A program made the translations under genes and the position numbers. The notes under the pieces are model-generated. The model did no database searches. It was not told the origin of the DNA and was given only the letters and a program-made list of their open reading frames with translations. Positions 1 to 10,700 of a stretch of 64,000 nt of DNA are shown here, piece after piece (position 1 is the stretch's first letter; each line of letters starts with the position of its first letter). The DNA is from Rhina ancylostomus (Eukaryota): the NCBI GenBank assembly GCA_030265395.1, contig JARFYF010000051.1, positions 14,062,399 through 14,126,398 of the forward strand, read 5' to 3'.

Positions 1-79
1 CCCAGAACACTCTACACAAAAGATGCATTTCACTGTGTGTTTCAATGTACATGTGACTAATAAAGATATCTTATCTTCA

Positions 80-1940
80 GCCAGGAATGCAGAATATATG
101 ATTCATCACAGCTTCCTCCTGAGGCCTGTCATCACAGAAGCCAGTCTCCAGCCATTTACTTCCATGTATTATCAAGAAATGAGAGCACTGGATACAGCAA
201 AACCTATATAATGACTTCATAGCCACAGTACTGAAAACCTATGTTCCAGAACCTCGAGGAGCAAGCTGTTCAAGTACAGTTACAAAACTGCATCTACCTG
301 ACAATGTAGGAAACTGCCCAGATATGTCCTGCCCATAAAAGGAGAAAAAATTCAATGCAGCCAATTATCCCACAATCAGTCTACTCTCAAACATCATCAA
401 AGTGATAGAAGGCTTTGTTGATTGGATTTACTCACCAATAACCTGCTCACCAGCGCCAGTTTGAATTTTGCAAGGACAACTTGGCTCCAGACCTCATCTC
501 AGCCTTGTTTCAAACATTAATCCAAGAGCTGAATTCCAGAAGTGAGGTGAGACTGCTGCCCTTGACATAAAGGCAGCATTTCATCACGTATAGCATCAAG
601 GCAACCTAGTAAAACTGAAGTCAATGAGTAACAAGGGAAAAGAAACCCAATGGTTGAAGTCATACGTCGCACTAAGGAAGAACGTTGGAGGTCGATCATC
701 CCAGCCCAGGTTTGGTGGAGACACTGCCCGCTGTGGGAAGCCCAGGTTATAGAAGCAGGGATCACTGCCATAGACCACCGATTTTGTCCCAGATCCAAGA
801 TCCCATCCTTCTCAGTCGACAGGGGATGTACTGGTACGTTGAATGTGGAGGTGAGCTCCATGGGCATCGTCCGCCCTTGCTGAGGAGTGACTCCTGAGAT
901 GTGGGAGCTGGTCCGCGTTTTGCTGGAGGGCGGTGCAGTGAGGTTGGGTTGGCAGTGAACCCCTGCGTTGTGGATTGTTAAGTGCAGGGCATCAGCCTGG
1001 AGCTCGGCCTCCAACCCTGCTTAAACACAAGCATTCTCTGCACGCGTTGTCTCCGCTAACGAGGTGTGGCTGACCTTCGTTCTGGCACATGGTCANNNNN
1101 NNNNNNNNNNNNNNNNNNNNNNNNNNNNNNNNNNNNNNNNNNNNNNNNNNNNNNNNNNNNNNNNNNNNNNNNNNNNNNNNNNNNNNNNNNNNNNNTTAGA
1201 TAGATCTTAGAGCAGGATAAAATGTCAGCACAACATCATGGGCTGAAGGGCCTGTACTGTGCTGTAGTGTTCCATGTTCTAGAACAGTTAAAAGAAGGAA
1301 TATTCCAGGCCTAACTAACTATAGCTGCCTCTTCAATGGACTTCTTCCCACCATAATGTCAAAAGTAGTGATCATTGCATAATGTTCAAATCTGTTTGCA
1401 AGTCCTTAACAATGACTCAGTCCATTCCTGTAGACAGCAAGACTTCGACAATATTTAGCCACAGGCTGATGTCATATTAGCATTTGTGCCACAAAACTGT
1501 CAGTCATAGACTTTCCCTTGTTTAAGGTAGTCAAGTCATCTATCATTGACTTTCAATGCAGTTACCATTGCTGAGTACCCCACCATCAACACCAAGGATC
1601 ACCATTGACAAAAACTCAACAGGATCAGCCATATACCTGTTGTAGTGACAAGAGTACATTAGAGGTTGGATATTCTGCAACAAGTAACACGCTTCCTGAT
1701 GTCCCAAATTTGTTCCTCTTTCTATGAGACAGAAGTCAGGAGTGTAATGGAATATTTTTCATTTGCCTTTATCAATCTACAAAACACACCAGTTACTCAC
1801 CTAGGCTATTCTGACAGCACCTCCAAGACCAACATTATTGTGGGAATATTTTCAACAGTAGGATTACAGCAGTTCAAGGCGGCAGCTCACCTCCACCTTC
1901 TTGAGAGCAATAAATTGCCAGCAAAGCCCAGAGCCCAAAA
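80..1940 (+). mobile_element. Decayed CR1/L2-group LINE (RT region), interrupted at ~710-1281 by another insertion
   Basis: Frameshifted RT motifs (KLFKYSY..IYLTM, NAANYPTISLLS). Collinear with the copy at 24130-25460 on both sides of the insertion. Confidence 0.75.
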
Positions 1941-1969
1941 ACAATTTAAAAAAAGTTTCTAAAACAGGT

Positions 1970-2570
1970 ACAAGAACAGAGAAATTTAGGAGTATCTGTG
2001 CATAGTTTGTTGAAAGTGGCAGGATAGGTAGAGAAAGTACTTAAAGTACAGAACATCCTGGTATTTATATAGAGAGACATCGAATTCAAGAGAAATCTTA
2101 ATAAATCTTTATAAAGCAAAAATTAGCTCTAGGCGCTATACTTTAGATAAAAAAAATACTTCTCTGCCTTTCCTAGAGTGCAGAAGTAGTTAACCAAGAT
2201 GATTCCAGGACTTGTGGATAAACTAGGGAAGTCTGGACTATTATACTTGGAGCAGAGGCTACAACGGGATCTGATAAAGGCATTTAAAATCATTAAGGGG
2301 AAAAGACAGCACAGATAAAGCAAAATTGTTTCCATTGATGGGTGTGTCAAAAACCAGGGAATATAGAACGTCAGTAGAGAGAAAAAAAATCAAAAAATGG
2401 TACTCGTCTGGAATGTAGTGCCAGATTTAGAAGTGGAAACAGATTCAATTGTGGCATTCAAAACGGAGCTGAACAAGTAACTGAATGGAAGAAAATTGCA
2501 GGGGAATATGATTAGCTGAATTGCTTACTCAGCAGGTTGAATGGACTCCTTCTCTGCTGTAACCATTGAA
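1970..2570 (+). mobile_element. CR1-like LINE 3' fragment
   Basis: Typical motifs: LERVQKxxTKMIPG-like codons, 'ggatctgataaaggcatttaaaatcat', CR1-type 3' tail. Confidence 0.7.
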
Positions 2571-2949
2571 ATAACCTGCATATAATAAGCATTTGACTGT
2601 TAAAACTGCCATTCTATACGAATTGTTAAACTGAATGTCAAACTACTCTACGAGGATCACGTGGCACCAATCTGAAGAGGGGCATGGCATTTTTCTTTAT
2701 ACCCTGGCTGAGGGAACAAAGGAGAAAAAATATAATCGCGCATCAACACTTTGTTATTGAACTGTGAATAAACAGCACCGGATTATATGATGAAATCTCT
2801 GGATTGGGATGAACTCACAACCATCTGACTCAATGACAAAGGTGCACGGGGATGCACCAGAGGTTCGGGACTGAGATTAGGTACATGGCTCTTCTCTTTA
2901 GCAGTTAATTCTCTTTAGTAAACGTTACAAGACGGATTTGCTGTGAAGA

Positions 2950-3460
2950 ACACCCCCTGGGCACGGTTGTCGGGGGACCGAGTGGTGACGCTGGCCCATT
3001 CATTCCCATCCCCAGACGGGCAGCCGCGCACCAACACCGCCGGGAGCAAGCGGTAACCCCGAGCTGCGCTGGATTTACGTTTCTGCTACGCTATCGGACA
3101 GCAGCTGCCGCACTTTCTGCGGAGTCTCCGACACGCTTCTGCTACTTGGCGAAGGAAAATCGCAATCGCTCCCCGATGCCGCCATCTTCGATCCCACAGC
3201 TATCAGCGTCCCACCCGCATCAGACTGTTCACAAACGTTCCGGGGGTCAGAGGGACCTCCGTCCAAGCAGGTTAACGCAGCACTCGAGATACAGCAGGAA
3301 CGTTAGAGAGCAATGATTACCATTAAAGGCGGTTCAGATAAAATATTACTCCACTTTAAATAAGAAGGCTGCATCAACAAAATGCCCATTTATCGTTACG
3401 CAGATAAATGAGTCTTTCTTCAATCCACCGAAACAAGGCTGGCGCGGAACTACTCTGGGT
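2950..3460 (-). promoter_or_regulatory. CpG-rich promoter/exon-1 region of ZC3HC1
   Basis: Dense CpG against a CpG-depleted background; YY1-type AAGATGGCGGC motif overlaps the ATG (3178-3188). Confidence 0.6.
3079..3185 (-). CDS. ZC3HC1: ZC3HC1 (NIPA) first coding exon; rest of the gene lies left of the window
   Basis: aagATGGCGGC start at 3185 in CpG-rich DNA. Encodes MAASGSDCDFPSPSSRSVSETPQKVRQLLSDSVAE, resembling the human ZC3HC1 N-terminus (..TPQKIRQLI..). Donor AC|gtaaat at 3078. Head-to-head with KLHDC10 as in human. Confidence 0.85.
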
Positions 3461-4269
3461 TTCATTCCTCCTTTACTTTCTTGTCTTGAAGTTGAGTCCT
3501 TGATGAGCTCCAAGAACCAGATTCTTCCAGATATGCAGAATAACCTCCAGGACATTTTGTCGAGCGAACCAGGAAATAAATCAAGTAGTTTTTATTTGTT
3601 TTATTTGAATACTTTCATTTATTAGTTATAAAAATTAAAGGTTATTTGGCAGTCGTGTCATTATCTATTCTGACATAGTATGTTTATTTTGAATTAGACT
3701 TTTAGACTGAGGCCCATTCAAACTGTCATGGATATAAGAGATCGCATTAACATCGCAGAAGAAAAGCAGGCACGTTGTCCCTAGTGCCTTGATCAATATT
3801 TATTGCTCAACCAGCATCACAAAAGCAAATTTGTCACATTGTTGTGCGTGGGAGTTCCCTGTGAGCACGTTGGTTGTTGCATTTTGTGTATTAAAACACT
3901 AACTAGCATATCGTTGCTCTAAATATGTCAGAACTTTCTAAGGTCATGAAAAGTCTATTTAATTGCAAATGCTTATTTAAGCCAATGCGTTCAGGAATAT
4001 TGCAGGAATATTTGACAAAAAGTTATTGTTGCTGGTACCAAATGTGACTTAGCAAATGTCAACAGCATTCTGTATAAACTACCTGAGATTTTATGTTACT
4101 GGCTCAGCAATCCTGTGGTCATGAGTTCAGATCCTTCCTCGGCAAGATGTGTAAACAAGGTATTATGTAAGGTCTCAGTTTTCCTTCCTCTCAGCATGCT
4201 TTACAGTAAAACTATGATATTTAAATCAAGTCAGCTTTCCAAATCACAGTGTTGCTGTTTAAATGATCA

Positions 4270-4790
4270 TATAAAACCAATCTTGGTAAGGTCACTGTTG
4301 GAGTATTGTGTGTGGCAGCACAGATTCAGCAGGATCTTGCTTGGTATGAAAAAATAGAAACTGATGCAAAGATGCAGAAAGTTGGTGTTATTTTGTTTAC
4401 AATCAAAGTTTTTGAAATTAAGAAAGGATAGGACAAAGTAAATAGAAACAGTAATTTTTTTTAGCCAGAGGGTGGTGAATCTGCGGGATTCATAGCTATA
4501 GACTGCTGTGGAGATCGAGTCATTGGGTATATTTAAAGCGGAGGTTGATAGGTTCTTGATTAGTAAGGGCATCAAAGGTTACTGGGAGAAGGCAGGAGAA
4601 TGGGGTTGAGGGGGTGAAATAAATCAGCCATGATCGAATGGTAGAGCAGACTCGATGGGCCGAATGACCTAATTCTGCTCCTTTGTCTTATGTCTTAGAA
4701 AGGCCAAATGTGGGCAAATGATACCAGCTTGGATAGGATGGACCAGTTGGGCTGAAAGGCCTGTTTCCACACTCTGCAACTGGATAATTT
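4270..4790 (+). mobile_element. CR1-like LINE 3' ends (two tails)
   Basis: 'cagagggtggtgaatctg..gagcagactcgatgggccgaatgacctaattctgctcct' and 'gggctgaaaggcctgtttcc' are elasmobranch CR1/HER1-type 3' tails. Confidence 0.8.
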
Positions 4791-5502
4791 TATGTGGCTA
4801 GCCTGGTCTTCGAACTACCTGTTAATGAGTCGGAGACAGATGATCCTCACAATATTAAAATCACCAATCACTCCAATGGAACAGCTAATGGATGTCAAGA
4901 GATTTATAAACAGTTTTAATGGTGATGAGATGTGTGACAGTGTTTAGAGTTTCTCTTGCTTACAGACCTGGTGAAGCTTGGTGTGTTCCTCTTGAGTTGG
5001 CACTCAGTCAGTGTATAAACACACAGCAATCCATTCATTATTAGCCTGAACTCATTTGAAAACCACATCCACCTCTGCAGTGCACCAAGGAGGACTGAGT
5101 GAGATCCACAACTGACAATTCATCACCGGATGCTGCACTGCCCCACTTATGTCTCTCGCAGTCCAACTGGTCATTTATCCTGCTCTCAACGAGCGCTCAT
5201 TTCCCTCTGACAGTTGACACCATCTCCTTGCTCCCCACCTCCCCCGCTGGGCTTGTGTTTCACACCTTCCATGCGTTTTGGCTCATTTGCAAGCCTCCGT
5301 AGCCTTTCTCCTGGTGTCTACTAATTCCTAATCAACCCCTCTCTTCCCACATTAGTTCCTGTTAATTTTAAGCTTCATGCCTTGTTTGCAAACCCAAGCA
5401 CGGTATGAGCCTCTACACCCTCACCCCCATAACCTCCCCCAGCCCTACAGCCCCGCAAGCTCTTTACGTTCCTTGGATTCTGACCTCACTACTCCTCTAT
5501 TC

Positions 5503-5825
5503 AGGATCAGATTTATTATCACTGCCTTACATGTCGTGAAATGTGTTGTTGTACAGCAGCAGTATAGTGCCAAAGACAAAATTAATACAAGTTTCAAAAA
5601 TAAGTAATTAGTGCAAAAGAGGAATCATGAGGTGGTGTTCATGGACCGTTCAGAAACCTGATGGCGGAGGGGAAGAAGCTGTTCCTGAAATGTTGAGTGT
5701 GGGTCTTCAGGTTCCTGTACCTCCGCGCCCCCCCGGTAGTAATGAGAAGAGGGCATGTCCCAGATGGGGAGGGTCCTTTGTGATGGACGCTGCCTTCTTG
5801 AGGCACCACCTCTTGAAGATGTTCT
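5503..5825 (-). mobile_element. Rex1/Babar-like LINE 3' end
   Basis: C-terminal RRYRNLKTHTQHFRNSFFPSAIRFLN followed by a 3' UTR with AATAAA; a related fragment lies at ~57650-57750. Confidence 0.75.
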
Positions 5826-5844
5826 TTGTGGTGCCTATTCAATA

Positions 5845-6110
5845 GCAAAATGAAGGTAGTGGCGAGTGTAATGCTATTAAAGTGCCAGCAGCCCAGGTTC
5901 AATTCCCGCCACTGTCTGTAAGGAGTTTGTATGTTCTCCCCATGTCTGCGTGGGTTTCCTCCGGGTGCTCCGNNNNNNNNNNNNNNNNNNNNNNNNNNNN
6001 NNNNNNNNNNNNNNNNNNNNNNNNNNNNNNNNNNNNNNNNNNNNNNNNNNNNNNNNNNNNNNNNNNNNNNNNGGCTGAATGGTCTAATTCTGCTCCTCTG
6101 TCTTATGGTC
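5845..6110 (+). mobile_element. HE1/V-SINE-like tRNA-derived SINE (gapped)
   Basis: B-box 'ggttcaattcc' followed by V-domain 'gttctcccc..gtctgcgtgggtttcctccgggtgctccg' and a CR1-type tail. Confidence 0.8.
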
Positions 6111-6599
6111 AAGAGTAATTCAAGTACCGAGGATGAGAGCACATCAATATGATATTAAATGTAAGAGATTTAGGACTGTGAGTGAGACAACATGATTTAC
6201 ACAGAGAGCATATTGACATTTAAGGATGTCTGCTGTCGGGAATGAAGAAGGAATATGAAAAACAACATCAAATTGGAAATATTGGGTGACTGTCTTGTCC
6301 CCAGCGCAGTCCTCCCGGGGGCAGCGTGTGCTGGGAGTGATGCTCTGACCCATGCAGGAAGGATCTGACTGAGAGGGGCCCATCTAACCGCCAGCCAAGC
6401 GAGGTTTTAATGCTTGCTGATGAGTTCTGGCGATGAGGCAACCTACTTTGTGTGACCGACCTGCCATCCCAGGAACCAGTCTGATGAAGTTTCACTGCAT
6501 TCCTCCATAGTAACCATATCCTCTTTAGGCAAGGGAACCAAATTTGCATATAGTCCAACAGGTGTAGTTTCACCAATATTGTAGTAAGACATCTTTACT

Positions 6600-6670
6600 A
6601 CCTCTGTGGCTTAGTTGGTTAAAGTGCTTGTCTCTTAAACGAGTCAGGGTTTGACTTCCAGCATAGATTT
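6600..6670 (+). pseudogene. tRNA-Thr(CGT)-derived pseudogene or SINE head
   Basis: CTCTGTGGCTTAGTTGGTTAAAGTGCTTGTCTCTTAAAC..GGGTTTGACTTCCAG closely follows vertebrate tRNA-Thr, but anticodon, variable loop and B-box are degenerate. Confidence 0.65.
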
Positions 6671-7119
6671 TGAATTCTCTACCTCTGAGACCCGTGGAGT
6701 CTCAATCATTAATATCATTCAAATTAGCTATCAGAGGAGACAAAGGATTTGGGGATAACGAAGGGAAATGGTGTTGTGGGAGATCAGCAGTTTCATTGAC
6801 TACTGGAGAGGCGTGAGGGTCTGAAGGGATATTCCTTATGTACATGTCTTCTTTTGTACTTAACCCTTCTATCAATGAAGGCCATTTTACCATTTGCCTT
6901 CCCAGTTGACTGCTCCACCGCACGTTAGCCTCAGCACCTTCTATGCAAGTCCTGTTTTAGCTCTAATGACAACACCTACACTTGGTTAATGGGTTGTACA
7001 GCAGGATAGGCCCTTCTGTGTCACCAGGACAAAGCTGAACGACGATATCGGTGTTAGATTATGTTCCCTGTAGAAGGCTGTCCCTTTAAGGGCGAGAGAG
7101 AGAGAAAGCTAGCTTGGAG

Positions 7120-7700
7120 CTCTATTGGCAATGCTTGAACTTGCTCACCTCATAATAACGCGGCCGGCCATTGGATGAGGTGCTGAGGCGGGGGTTGCTG
7201 ATTGGCTGCAGCCGTCGTCTGTGGTGTTGTGAGGGTGAGAGCGGGATGTGGGCTTGAGTTGGCCGTCCAGCTGCGGCCTTTCACCGTCGGCGGCGAGCTG
7301 CCGCGCTATTTATGTTCGTGTAATTTATTTTATTATCAGGTGGCTGGAGGACCAGCGTGGCGTGGGGCCGATCCCCGCCGTGTGTCGGGTCGCCCGGCGG
7401 CCGCGGCCGCCCCGCNNNNNNNNNNNNNNNNNNNNNNNNNNNNNNNNNNGTGAAGGTAACCGGGAGGCCGCAGGCCGGGCCGCCAGGTCAGTGTGGGACC
7501 GGGCAGGGCGCGGCCCCCCTCACTGGGGTGCAGCACTCTCCCCATGAACAGGCCAACGGGCGCAGGCGGGCCCCGTACTTAAGAAGTTGGGTTGCGCTTG
7601 GTGCCTTCAGCCCAGTGGCTTCTCCTCATCAATACAGCACAACGTGGGCTGCTACAGACGTTTGTAACCAACAGTCCCACCGCACCCGTGGCCCCATCAA
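7120..7700 (+). promoter_or_regulatory. KLHDC10 CpG-island promoter with three inverted CCAAT boxes and a GC box
   Basis: ATTGG at 7124, 7170 and 7201; GAGGCGGGGG at ~7185; very high GC/CpG from 7150 to 7700 around exon 1. Confidence 0.7.
7450..7486 (+). CDS. KLHDC10: KLHDC10 exon 1, 3' part (ATG probably inside N gap 7416-7449)
   Basis: VKVTGRPQAGPP-G aligns with human ..FVQLSGRPHLP-G; donor CCAG|gtcagt, phase 1, matching exon 2. Confidence 0.75.
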
Positions 7701-10700
7701 GCCTTTACCCCGGCTCCAGTGAATGCCACACAACCCCATCCATTACACAGCTATTCATTTATAACCATGTTATTTATTAACGTCCGGTTACAAATACCAA
7801 CCTAAACATTATTTGCAAACTAATAATAACCAAAGTTAAGGATGTTTTTCCATCCACGAGCCAGTTAGTTTTTATAGTCATTAGATTCACTATATCCACA
7901 TGTATGGTAGTAAAATAAATTATAATGAGACTTCGTCATGCCTGGGGTGGTGGTGGAGGCAGGTACATTGGTCGAACTCGAGATTGTTAGATAAGGATAT
8001 GGAGGAATTTAAAATAGGGGTATATGTGGGAAGAAGGGGTTAGATGGTCTCAGACGAGGTTTAAAGGTTGGCACAACATTGTGGGCTGAAGGGCCTGTAT
8101 TGTGCTGTACTGTCCTATGATTCATGTGTAGTTAGTATCTGCACCTGGTTTCTTCTTGTTGGAAGGTGTCAGTGATTAAAATATCTATTTATATGTTAGG
8201 TACTTACAAATATTCCATTAATGTTGAGTAGTTGTTTTGATGTACTTTTTAATAGTAACTTTGACTAGGCTGCAGGTAGTCATGGATTCTGAATGTGAAT
8301 CTAGTGATGGTGGTCTAACTGTCAAATTGATGCTTGCATGCTATAATACTTGCTATTGTATTAATAGCATGCAAGGTAGAGGTATGGATTTAAAAAATGA
8401 AATTTTGGCAATACTGGCAATGTTGTTGGCAAAATGTTGGTCAGGTAGTGTCGCATCTACCAAGGGAGAGGCAGAGTTAATAGTTCAGATAAAAGCCAGC
8501 CTGAAATGGGCAAGGTTAGATCTTTAAATGTTTTATGTTATGGTGAAAAGAGAGGGGTGGAGAGAACAAATGGACTGTTTGCTATAGATTGGAGATTGAG
8601 AGAGNNNNNNNNNNNNNNNNNNNNNNNNNNNNNNNNNNNNNNNNNNNNNNNNNNNNNNNNNNNNNNNNNNNNNNNNNNNNNNNNNNNNNNNNNNNNNNNN
8701 NNNNAGAACAAATGGAATGTTTGCTATAGATTGGAGATTGAGAGAGTTGAATGACAAAACGTGCTAGAGCCACATTTTCTTAGTACTTTTTAAAAAAAAC
8801 ATCAAACCTACAAGGGCAATGACTGCCAGCTCCAATGATCTATATTTATATTAAGTTTTGTGCTGAGAAAGATGAGCACTTATATTAGGACTGAAGTGAC
8901 AGGTCTCTGGGTTCTGGTTCACTTCATCCTCAAATCATAAAAGACTAGCAAGATGTATTGGTTTTAATTGTCCAGAATCCTGTCGATTGGGAAAGGTTCC
9001 ATTAAATTGGAAAATAGCAAGTGTAACTACTTGAAAAAAGGAGGAAGCAAAAAGCCAGGATTTACAGACCACTTAATTTTGGGCACAGTTCTCAAAAGTT
9101 TAGTATGCAGATGTCGCAAGTAACTTGGAAAGCTAAAAATGTGGTTTATTATGAGAGGAATTGATGACAAATGTTGGTTAGTTAGGCTTTGGCTATATAG
9201 AGCATTGAGAAGACATCTGAAGTGAAGTGTAGAGTATTGATTTCTTTATTTAACGAGGGATGTAAATGTGTTAGATGCAATTCAGAGAACATTTACTAGG
9301 CTAATGCAAGGTATATACATATTGTTTACAGGGAAGGTTGGACAGACTTGGCGTGTATCTACTGGAGTTTAGAGTTAAAGGACTTGATTGTAATGTAGGA
9401 TCCTGAGAGGTCTTCACAGGGTGGGTGTGGAGAGAATGTTTTTGGGAGAATTAGGAGGGGCAGAATACCTTCTCCTCATTCAGTTCTTAATATGAGGGGG
9501 AAGAGGTGCAAAATGTGCTGAGCATGTGGTGGTGGGAGAGAATAGAGAAGCCTTGATGAGAAACTGGAAGTTGAGGAGGAGAGCGTGACCAAGTACAGTT
9601 ATATCTTTGAAAGTTCCAGTTGTTGAAAGTAGTGGTGTATTAGCTGTAGTGTGAGTATGATATGAAATGTCTCTGATAACTCTTGCAATGGTATCCAAGG
9701 TACGAAGGTCATCAGAATCAATTATTTATACTGATTTTTGAGAAGGATTTAAATTTGGAATGCAAATCTGGTAAGGCCAGGGTGATGGGAGTGAGTGACT
9801 AATAATAATTGTAATGCAGGAGAAGGTAATTTGGATCATGAAAGGTATGTTGGCTCTTTAAAAGAGAATTTGCCCATTCAACAATTTTCTCGTAGCTCAG
9901 CAATATTTTACTTGAGTATAAATCCAGTACCTTCTTGACAAGGACCTTTTATGCTTTTTTTTAAATAAAAAATCTCTATTTCCTCTAGCTCTTAATCTTA
10001 ATTTTGACTGACCTGCTTAGGTTTAAATTTATCTATTCTGACCAATGCCCTGTATAATTTTGAATCCCTTGTACAAGCACTTTACTCAAAGCATGAACTT
10101 GTGGAATAGTGATGTAGTGACCAGGTGAATGTGGTAGTATCTGAAAGAACTGAGTTGTACTTCTGAGGATTGAGAGACACATGGAATTATTCCTACGCAA
10201 TGGGACTATCTAATTGAACAACAGTACATTTTGCCCACTCTGTACAGGCCAGATAAAGCAAGGCTCCTGTGCACACTATGGACAAATAATTTGTCATGAA
10301 TAACTTGTATAGACCTTCATATACACATAAGCTAATAACATTCAATTCTTATGTGATACTTGCCTCCTATAACCTCTGTTTCCCCAATTTATTTAAAAAT
10401 AGGTTTTTGTTATAAATTAGTAATGGATAAGCCTATGAACTTTGCTAGTATTAGTATAAAATTGCTCTCCCTGTGCTCTTCCTGACTTGTCTGTCACATA
10501 CTGCTTGATTGGGATGCTTTGCCCTATTATTAAGGGGCAAATATAAATAATGAACAATGTAGACAATTTTATATGTGATAATATCTACAGATTCTTTGTT
10601 AATTTGTATGTAATATTCACTTAACATCAGTCTAAATGTTGTACCAACCATGACGAAATTATTTGTGGGCCATTTAATGATTTCCTACATTAATGGTGAT

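Noticed and set aside
517-1014. 165-aa minus-strand ORF as a possible ZC3HC1 exon or novel gene
   Set aside because: It runs across the junction of an insertion and antisense LINE sequence, shows no similarity to ZC3HC1 and has no ATG start.
8562-8746. Direct repeats flanking N gaps (also ~13001/13128, ~50017/50148, ~58517/58548)
   Set aside because: The same sequence on both sides of gaps most likely reflects unmerged contig overlaps or collapsed tandem repeats, not biology.
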